IMG/VR virus record: IMGVR_UViG_3300023116_006877
Direction: 5' to 3' (one strand)
Length of the DNA: 64,000 nt
Source: an uncultured virus (IMG/VR IMGVR_UViG_3300023116_006877)
Taxonomy: Duplodnaviria; Heunggongvirae; Uroviricota; Caudoviricetes
Under the pieces are notes generated by a model, which did no database searches, was not told the origin of the DNA, and saw only the letters and a list, made by a program, of their open reading frames with translations. Positions 57,887-64,000 of this stretch are shown here, one piece after another (positions within the stretch are counted from its first letter, which is position 1; each line of letters opens with the position of its first letter). Position numbers and translations under genes: made by a program.

Positions 57887-58266
57887 GGTGCTTGTCGAGT
57901 TAAAAATTTTGATTTGGTTTTTTTTGGAGCAAAATATTTTTTTACAGTTAAATCAACGATTTTTGTATCAAATTTTTTGCAACTGAAAACGTCGAAATAA
58001 GCAGTTTTGCTTTTGCTCATAAAATGTGCCGCTAGATTTGAGGTGTGTATCAACTGCAACATACTATAACCCTCATTCTTATGGCCTGGTAAAAGATATT
58101 CTATAGTGGGTTTACCATGAGCTTTCATTTTTATTTTTTTAATTAATTCTTTTACAAAAATTGAAATTTGTTTTTTATCTGATATGTTGTCATTACAACC
58201 TGAACAATCGACCATGTAGTGATAACCCCAAGATTGTTTGTTTTTAGTTGTGATCTGCTTAACCAT
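57883..58266 (-). CDS. Pyruvoyl-dependent AdoMet decarboxylase (SpeD)-like proenzyme
   Basis: 'G.H..VD..GC', 'G.S..QLIHTSNL..H' and 'Y.DVFSCK.FD'. Confidence 0.75.
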   Translation of the reverse strand: MVKQITTKNKQSWGYHYMVDCSGCNDNISDKKQISIFVKELIKKIKMKAHGKPTIEYLLPGHKNEGYSMLQLIHTSNLAAHFMSKSKTAYFDVFSCKKFDTKIVDLTVKKYFAPKKTKSKFLTRQAP

Positions 58267-58277
58267 ACAGATACTTA

Positions 58278-58811
58278 TTATTTCTTTTTACGACCTGACT
58301 TCATGTTGGCACACCAGTGATACATCTTACCCTTTTCACCGCCGTACTTCTTGGCTTTGCTTCTCAAACTACTCACACTACCTTTACAACTGGCACCTGC
58401 TTTTTTAACTCTACCCGGTCTGCTCTTGCCTTTAATTTTTTTATCTGCAAAATTTTCAGAAAACTCTTGCCATTCCATGTGCAACTTCTTGACATTTTTA
58501 TATTCGTCCCCGGGTTTGACATCCTTAGTGGTATTTTGTTTTGTAATTATGCCCACACCTGCGGCATCTTCGTTCTTCTTACTCTTGTTGTAACTAGCCC
58601 AAGCGACTGCGTATGGATTGTCCACTTTGCCCTTGAGTGCTTTGACCTGCTTCTCTCTGCCCGGAGGTGCTTCCTCATTGGCTTTGTTGTTGCCTTTGTT
58701 TTTAAAATCAAATCTGTTATTGGGACCGATGCCGGGTTTATGTATCAGTCCTAATGGTTTGATACTTTGGGGCATGATTATCCAATCTTTAAAAAGTTCT
58801 TTTATTTTCAT
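58278..58811 (-). CDS. Basic late protein
   Basis: Start MKIKELFKD; 'NPYAVAW' and 'HWCANMKSG'. Confidence 0.65.
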   Translation of the reverse strand: MKIKELFKDWIIMPQSIKPLGLIHKPGIGPNNRFDFKNKGNNKANEEAPPGREKQVKALKGKVDNPYAVAWASYNKSKKNEDAAGVGIITKQNTTKDVKPGDEYKNVKKLHMEWQEFSENFADKKIKGKSRPGRVKKAGASCKGSVSSLRSKAKKYGGEKGKMYHWCANMKSGRKKK

Positions 58812-59038
58812 TTTTTTCTTCCGGCACAATGAGCTTTTTGTGAAAAGCCCTTTGGATTGTTGCAATTGATTGATTTTTTATATTTGTCAGACCATGCTTC
58901 TTTTACCCTGAAAGGATATGCCATCATGGAATGATAACCCATCCTTGGTTTTCCTGTTGCACGTTTTTCGATTTTCTTTAACTGTTTCTCAACATCTGGG
59001 TGTACATAATTCGTGGCTAGTATCTCGTGTATTCTCAT
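58808..59038 (-). CDS. Small late protein
   Basis: MRIHEIL...WS.KYKKSINC.NPKGFSQKAHC; ATAAATA upstream. Confidence 0.7.
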   Translation of the reverse strand: MRIHEILATNYVHPDVEKQLKKIEKRATGKPRMGYHSMMAYPFRVKEAWSDKYKKSINCNNPKGFSQKAHCAGRKK

Positions 59039-59057
59039 ATTAGCAGTATTTATTGAA

Positions 59058-59495
59058 TTATTTTAGTGTGCTTCTAAGCATCCACTGATGTTTATTGTGT
59101 GCGTCTATTCTTTCACCGATAAAATCTGCAAACCCATAAAGTTTTAAATCTTCCAACATATCGAATAAAAGAGTGAGATTAGAAATAACTTTTTGATTGT
59201 CTTGCATCAATTCTGAATACATTTCTTCTGCAGACGGTATCTGTCCTTTTTGTTCTATGTTTGAAAGATTCATGAATCGATTGAATATTCCAGGAGCATA
59301 CGTATCAAGTGTTCTTATTTCTTCTGCGAATTTGTCTAATGCTCCATACACTTCTTCATAAATTTTACCAAGTAATTCGTGGTCTTGTGAAAAATGTCTA
59401 CCTTCCACATTCCAATGGAAATAATGTGCTTTTAGATAGAATAGGAAACTATCCGCAAATGCCTGTTTGGCTTTTAATCTAATTTCTGAATTCAT
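59058..59495 (-). CDS. dps: Dps/ferritin-like DNA-protection protein
   Basis: H.FHWNVEG..F...H...E, D..AE.IR and H.K..WML. Confidence 0.88.
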   Translation of the reverse strand: MNSEIRLKAKQAFADSFLFYLKAHYFHWNVEGRHFSQDHELLGKIYEEVYGALDKFAEEIRTLDTYAPGIFNRFMNLSNIEQKGQIPSAEEMYSELMQDNQKVISNLTLLFDMLEDLKLYGFADFIGERIDAHNKHQWMLRSTLK

Positions 59496-59502
59496 TGTAG
59501 AA

Positions 59503-59709
59503 CTATTTATTTTTTGGCATTGGGTTTTCACCCGTTAATCTTGGTTGTGCAAACCATAATTTAAACCATTCCGGAGTACCGGGTTTTATATTGTGTTTTC
59601 TTTGGTATTGTGCTTTGGCCGTTCCCACGTATGATAGATTTTCACCCATTGAATTATCATTAGACGAATTATCAATTCCTGCTAATTTTTTTAGTTCGTC
59701 TATATTCAT
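59503..59709 (-). CDS. Small protein
   Basis: MNIDELKKLAGI...IKPGTPEWFKLWF. Confidence 0.7.
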   Translation of the reverse strand: MNIDELKKLAGIDNSSNDNSMGENLSYVGTAKAQYQRKHNIKPGTPEWFKLWFAQPRLTGENPMPKNK

Positions 59710-59714
59710 GAGTA

Positions 59715-59903
59715 TTAGATGGTCCAGTCTTTTAATTGTTGCTTGGTTGGATTGTGTGCTTTGACTTTTTCTACTTTACCGCCTTTTTCTAAAAATTTTT
59801 TCATTAACTCGTCCAACTCTCTTTGTTTTTCTTGTGGTGTTTTTTCTGTGTAATCGGCAGAATAATTCCTATTGATTCCTTGATGCTTCATTTTCTTCTC
59901 CAT
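59715..59903 (-). CDS. Small hypothetical protein
   Basis: 'FLEKGGKVEK' motif; start uncertain. Confidence 0.6.
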   Translation of the reverse strand: MEKKMKHQGINRNYSADYTEKTPQEKQRELDELMKKFLEKGGKVEKVKAHNPTKQQLKDWTI

Positions 59904-61062
59904 ATCTGTTGAGTTCTTGTTGTACTTTAATTATGCTGTCTCTGTTTGCTTGATACAATATTCCAAAGCCGCCTTTTGCTTTCCATCTTTCGATATTGAC
60001 TGGTCTGTCGTCGATCAGTATATTTGGCGTGCCATCTTTTTGTTTTGCCCATTTTTCTTTTCTTCCGGACACAATCACTTCTTCAGGCTTTTCTATGTTT
60101 TTACTAATCCAAATTTTTTTCTGAGTAGCCGAGTTTTCATGATCACCTATCAATGGTGATGTGAGTATGGAAAATTTTCCATCTGTAGCACTTTTAATCA
60201 GTTGAATTAACGAGTCGGCAGTTGGAAATTTTGGTAGTGTAGCAAAAAAATCCGATCCGGTAATTTTATCGATCACTTCTTGTTTTAACTCTCCACCAGA
60301 CAGTTTGCTCGTGAGCTCTTTCCAGTGATTTACTCCAAACATTTTTTCAACTCCACCGAAGAAGTCTGCGATCACACCGTCCATATCCAGATATATTATT
60401 GGTTTTGATTTTGGCATATCGTCTTCATTATACAACTTTTCGTTGTTTATTGCAACCGTCTTTCCAACCTTGCTTTGAACTTTGGTAAAAAGTTTTCTAA
60501 TAGTGTTATTGTCATTGTCCATTGCAACTTTTATAAAGTTTTCAAAATCGTTATTGGCCGCATATTCACGAGCCTGTGATGCACTAAATCCAGTAACTCC
60601 TTCAGCATCGGGATCTCTTTCTCCTGAGCTCACAGCATCAACGTAATCAAAATCAAAAACAAGATTGCCTGCTTTATCGTTTTTCTTATTATATTGGTTA
60701 AGGAAGTTTTTGAAATAATCTACTCTATCGGAACCCGCTACTATGACAACTCTAGTACGACCTTCGTTCATTAACTTTTGTAATGCTTGGACAATGGTTT
60801 TAACATCATTGAATCCTATTTCTATGTCATCAAATCGTCCTGTGCTTTTCATGTAAGCAACTTTTTCTTGATGTGAAAGAGGATTTTTTTTATCTACTGA
60901 ATGTGTTACGAAAAGATATGGTTTTGCATCCATTTTCTGTGCAACAGATCTAACCTTTTGTATTAATTTTTCGTGACCTTTTGTGGGAGGATTGAATCGA
61001 CCAAATGCAAATACGGCACTTGATTGATCGTCTTCCTTAAGAAATATTTCCTTGAGTAGCAT
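59869..61062 (-). CDS. Fusion of HxGH nucleotidyltransferase-like and HAD 5'(3')-deoxyribonucleotidase-like domains
   Basis: N-part FGRFNPPTKGH, GSDR and SAS..R; C-part YLDMDGVIADF, ILTSP, K..W and ILIDD...N..W...GG.GIL. Confidence 0.8.
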   Translation of the reverse strand: MLLKEIFLKEDDQSSAVFAFGRFNPPTKGHEKLIQKVRSVAQKMDAKPYLFVTHSVDKKNPLSHQEKVAYMKSTGRFDDIEIGFNDVKTIVQALQKLMNEGRTRVVIVAGSDRVDYFKNFLNQYNKKNDKAGNLVFDFDYVDAVSSGERDPDAEGVTGFSASQAREYAANNDFENFIKVAMDNDNNTIRKLFTKVQSKVGKTVAINNEKLYNEDDMPKSKPIIYLDMDGVIADFFGGVEKMFGVNHWKELTSKLSGGELKQEVIDKITGSDFFATLPKFPTADSLIQLIKSATDGKFSILTSPLIGDHENSATQKKIWISKNIEKPEEVIVSGRKEKWAKQKDGTPNILIDDRPVNIERWKAKGGFGILYQANRDSIIKVQQELNRYGEENEASRNQ

Positions 61063-61396
61063 CGTATTCGCCTTGTTTAATATTTTCTAATTCTCTATCT
61101 GCTATGATTTCTGCAATACGACTTCTGACTTCTTTGGGGAAAAGATCTTTTACATCCTCGTCGGGGTTACCGTATTCTTTTACATATTCTTTGGCCGCAT
61201 CATTGATCAAATACATCCATAATGTTTTGGCTTTTTCATGGTCATATATGTTTTTTGAGATCTTCTTTTTTAGGTTGTGTATGATAGGCATGAATCTTCT
61301 ACGATAAAGATCCTCATTATTCATTATGAATAATTCTAATTCTCGAACTGCATTTGAGTCTATATGCTCTTCTTTTATGAACTGGTTTGCTCGCAT
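61037..61396 (-). CDS. Hypothetical late protein
   Basis: MRANQFIKEE; ATAAATA upstream. Confidence 0.7.
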   Translation of the reverse strand: MRANQFIKEEHIDSNAVRELELFIMNNEDLYRRRFMPIIHNLKKKISKNIYDHEKAKTLWMYLINDAAKEYVKEYGNPDEDVKDLFPKEVRSRIAEIIADRELENIKQGEYDATQGNIS

Positions 61397-61409
61397 ACCT
61401 GTATTTATG

Positions 61410-61880
61410 CTAATACAAGTTCTCTAACAGCCATAGGTAGAAGGGTGAAGTTAATTTTATTTTCCAGGTGCCGTTCCAACCAAACGATGTTATATTTCGC
61501 AACGGAGACTGTGGTGTATTCCCCTCTTCTTTCTGTTGATTATACCATATTTCTGGATACTCCGGATAAAAATCTATCTCATATATAAGGTTTCCTAAGT
61601 CAACATTATCAATGTTCAGATTCTCAATTGAAAGCAATTGATCTTTGACTATCTGATTGTTCTCTATCTTTACCTGTTTGTCAGTTTTACCTGATCTGAT
61701 CATTTCAAAAACATACTCGTTTTCGTCTTCAAAATCAACATCAAACTCTGCAACAGTTTTTTCTTTAATTTCTTGAGGTCCCCAAACTGTTTTACCATTG
61801 ATACGAAATTCTGCTGACGGTGGTTGATCCCAATATTCTGAATTTAAAGTGACTAAAAATTTTATATTATCTTTGCTCAT
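61410..61880 (-). CDS. Hypothetical protein
   Basis: 156 aa coupled ORF. Confidence 0.65.
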   Translation of the reverse strand: MSKDNIKFLVTLNSEYWDQPPSAEFRINGKTVWGPQEIKEKTVAEFDVDFEDENEYVFEMIRSGKTDKQVKIENNQIVKDQLLSIENLNIDNVDLGNLIYEIDFYPEYPEIWYNQQKEEGNTPQSPLRNITSFGWNGTWKIKLTSPFYLWLLENLY

Positions 61881-62061
61881 TGTATGAAAACTCCAATCCT
61901 GCTGTTCTTCCTACGTATGGTTTATTTAAGTCCGTTCTAGAAAGTTCTATTGTTATCTGAGTACCTTGTAAAACGACTTTCATGTATTTGTCCGACTTGG
62001 ACAAAACCTCTGCTGGTTTGCTTTTGTCGTTGTTCAAACAAAGTATTTCAACTGTGTCCAT
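61867..62061 (-). CDS. Small hypothetical protein
   Basis: 64 aa coupled ORF. Confidence 0.65.
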   Translation of the reverse strand: MDTVEILCLNNDKSKPAEVLSKSDKYMKVVLQGTQITIELSRTDLNKPYVGRTAGLEFSYNEQR

Positions 62062-62234
62062 TAACTGATTAATTTAATTAAATATCCACCCAGTAAAAAC
62101 GCAAAAATATATTTTGAAAAAAGGGTAAATGTTTTGTTTATGTTATAACCGTTTTCTTTTAAACATTGCACGTGAGCATCCATTGATTCTGGGGTTACAC
62201 GCACATACTCGTATTCTAAATTATTATCATTCAT
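62061..62234 (-). CDS. Small protein with C-terminal hydrophobic segment (57 aa); absent from ORF track
   Basis: MNDNNLEYEYVRVTPESMDAHVQCLKENGYNINKTFTLFSKYIFAFLLGGYLIKLIS; TTGACA-16-TATACT 6 nt upstream; TAATG-coupled downstream. Confidence 0.65.
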   Translation of the reverse strand: MNDNNLEYEYVRVTPESMDAHVQCLKENGYNINKTFTLFSKYIFAFLLGGYLIKLIS

Positions 62235-62275
62235 ACTTACAGTATATAAGATATTAATGTTTTGTCAACCGTGGC

Positions 62276-62851
62276 TTAATTGTTATATAATATTTTGGTA
62301 ATATCACCGGCTGTCACGTCATATACTCTGGCTCTTATCCAGACAAAATTGCCTGTAAATGTATTTGCCACTGTTGCTGTACTTTGGTCTGCCGTGAATG
62401 CTGTAGAGTCAATATTGAACCAATCATTTTCGGTTGGTGTTGTGGCTAGAGAACCCTGCATGATAATTTTTCCATACAAGGATGTATGTACGTGATATGT
62501 TGCTGTGTGTACACCATCGGATTTTGAATAGTAACCATCACCTTTGTATTTGTCTGTGACAAATCCTGTGTATGTTATCACGGTATCTGTTGAACCATCT
62601 GATAGTTCATCAACAACTGTTTCTTCAACTGTGATATAAGTTCCATCTGAATTGACACTAGCAACTGTGAAGTTACCATTGTTGTTGCTTGTTCCTGAAA
62701 TTGTGATTAAATCTCTCACAGATAAAGTTGATAAGTTTGTTGTTGCGGCACTTATTCTTTTGTCTGCGGCCGTGAATCTACAACCTTCGGTAACAGTGAT
62801 CGCCGATACAAAAGTTTTTTGTGGTGATATAGTTGTACTTGTATGTGCCAT
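62276..62851 (-). CDS. Probable virion structural protein
   Basis: Thr/Ser-rich beta-type sequence 'KGDGYY...GVHT...FTGNFVWIRA'; late motif upstream. Confidence 0.55.
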   Translation of the reverse strand: MAHTSTTISPQKTFVSAITVTEGCRFTAADKRISAATTNLSTLSVRDLITISGTSNNNGNFTVASVNSDGTYITVEETVVDELSDGSTDTVITYTGFVTDKYKGDGYYSKSDGVHTATYHVHTSLYGKIIMQGSLATTPTENDWFNIDSTAFTADQSTATVANTFTGNFVWIRARVYDVTAGDITKILYNN

Positions 62852-62856
62852 TACGA

Positions 62857-63165
62857 TTATTTATCGAGATCTTTTCTTTTGAATCTTGGTGTCTTGGGAA
62901 CAAGACCATACACCGCGGCCAGTTCTTCTGGATCCATACCGTCTACTTTTGTAATATTTTTATAATAAATTTTTCTGTAAGGAACTTCTGCTTCAATCTC
63001 AAACTCCTCGTCTGCGATACAATAATCTTTTTTTAGTTCTTTTATTCTTAAAGTTTTATTTAAAACAATCGGAGAAGCAAATTGCATCTTAGATATAGGA
63101 GCATCGATCATTGTTCCTTCTTTAAATATTTTACGATCAATTAGTTTTTGTATTATTTCTGTCAT
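62857..63165 (-). CDS. Hypothetical protein
   Basis: ORF starting MTEIIQK. Confidence 0.6.
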   Translation of the reverse strand: MTEIIQKLIDRKIFKEGTMIDAPISKMQFASPIVLNKTLRIKELKKDYCIADEEFEIEAEVPYRKIYYKNITKVDGMDPEELAAVYGLVPKTPRFKRKDLDK

Positions 63166-63832
63166 TTCTATTAATAGTAACAAACTTTATTATTTTGTCA
63201 ATTGATTCTTGTGCAATCATGTATACCGGAGTCAAACATTTTTCATCCTTGACATAAAAATATCCTTCGGAATAATCACTGTCGCCCATTAACCACATTT
63301 TGAGATGTTTACCGGAAACATACGTGTTGTCTTTGCTTCTAAAAAGATAAGATGCCAGTTGTTCTCTTTTTGTTTTACTCATATTGAGATGAGCAAATTT
63401 TTTTAAATGAACTTGATATTGATATTTTTTATGTGGTAATCTAGTACACAGTATAGTATTTTTATCTACTTGATCGAGATATTTTTTATCTACGGATTTT
63501 ATATCGAACCAATGATCCCAAAATTCTAATATTAGATCTCTAATAACAGACGAAGAACCATAGAAATAAGACACAGATGTTTGTAGTCTAAATTTAATAT
63601 TGTTCCTATTTGTGAGAATAAAACTTGCCAATCTACGCAAATGTTCTTTTTGTTTTTTATCTATCATGATGTTCCTGTATAGATAACTTTTTTCAGAAAA
63701 AACAAAAGGATCCGTAACAATTTTTCTTAGATGTTCGTCTGTGGTAGGATACATCCATCCGGCGAACGGTGTTTTAAACGACGCTTTGTGAGTATACTTG
63801 TTGAAAAATAATTTATTTGGATGTTTTCGCAT
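63137..63832 (-). CDS. Hypothetical protein
   Basis: 231 aa ORF. Confidence 0.65.
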   Translation of the reverse strand: MRKHPNKLFFNKYTHKASFKTPFAGWMYPTTDEHLRKIVTDPFVFSEKSYLYRNIMIDKKQKEHLRRLASFILTNRNNIKFRLQTSVSYFYGSSSVIRDLILEFWDHWFDIKSVDKKYLDQVDKNTILCTRLPHKKYQYQVHLKKFAHLNMSKTKREQLASYLFRSKDNTYVSGKHLKMWLMGDSDYSEGYFYVKDEKCLTPVYMIAQESIDKIIKFVTINRNDRNNTKTN

Positions 63833-64000
63833 CTTCAGTTTTAGGTTTAAATTGCGATAACACTTCTACTGCTTTGAAATTTATTTCAAGTTTTGGAATC
63901 ATGTCTTCAGAAAGTGTCACTTCAACTCTACCGCCCTTCGATAAATCTCCAAACAATATCATTTTAGACAAAGGTTTTTTAATCTCATTGTCGATGATTC
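63813..64000 (-). CDS. C-terminus of ClpA-like Clp ATPase (truncated by window)
   Basis: Hand translation 'IIDNEIKKPLSKMILFGDLSKGGRVEVTL' resembles the ClpA D2-small domain. Confidence 0.65.
   Translation of the reverse strand, partial: IIDNEIKKPLSKMILFGDLSKGGRVEVTLSEDMIPKLEINFKAVEVLSQFKPKTEDAKTSK

Noticed and set aside
1..64000. tRNA/rRNA genes, transposases or alternative genetic code
   Set aside because: Intergenic gaps are tiny and filled by small ORFs or promoters; no cloverleaf was noticed; genes read intact in the standard code.

Overview
The window is a gene-dense, AT-rich segment of a large tailed-phage genome (T4-like/jumbo myovirus style). An alphaproteobacterial, possibly marine, host is suggested by the TrxB, Prx and YhhQ-type genes; this is inference only. 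The + strand 1-6.6 kb carries virion/tail genes, including a glycine-rich fibre ending in a Hint autoprocessing domain. The + strand 6.7-24.8 kb is an ~18 kb translationally coupled operon of glycosyltransferases, five tandem radical SAM enzymes, SGNH proteins, FkbM methyltransferase, APS-kinase-like, carbamoyltransferase, epimerase, DegT aminotransferase and an MBD4-like glycosylase. The - strand 24.8-64 kb holds a MoxR/VWA pair, an RNase H-like exonuclease, and a 7-deazaguanine DNA-modification cluster. That cluster has QueE, FolE, a DpdL-like T-fold protein, a DpdA/TGT-like protein and YhhQ but no QueC/QueF, and is interleaved with a glycosyltransferase, GalE, amidinotransferase, cupin, PRTase, GuaC and redox genes. 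It is followed by a clamp, PolB and an array of late genes sharing an N-terminal M[KR]IxE motif. Sequence-level signals are apparent total avoidance of GCWGC, context-restricted AGCT, and many promoters (sigma70-type and TAAATA late-type) placed so that transcripts would be leaderless. All calls are by-eye motif recognition; no searches were run.
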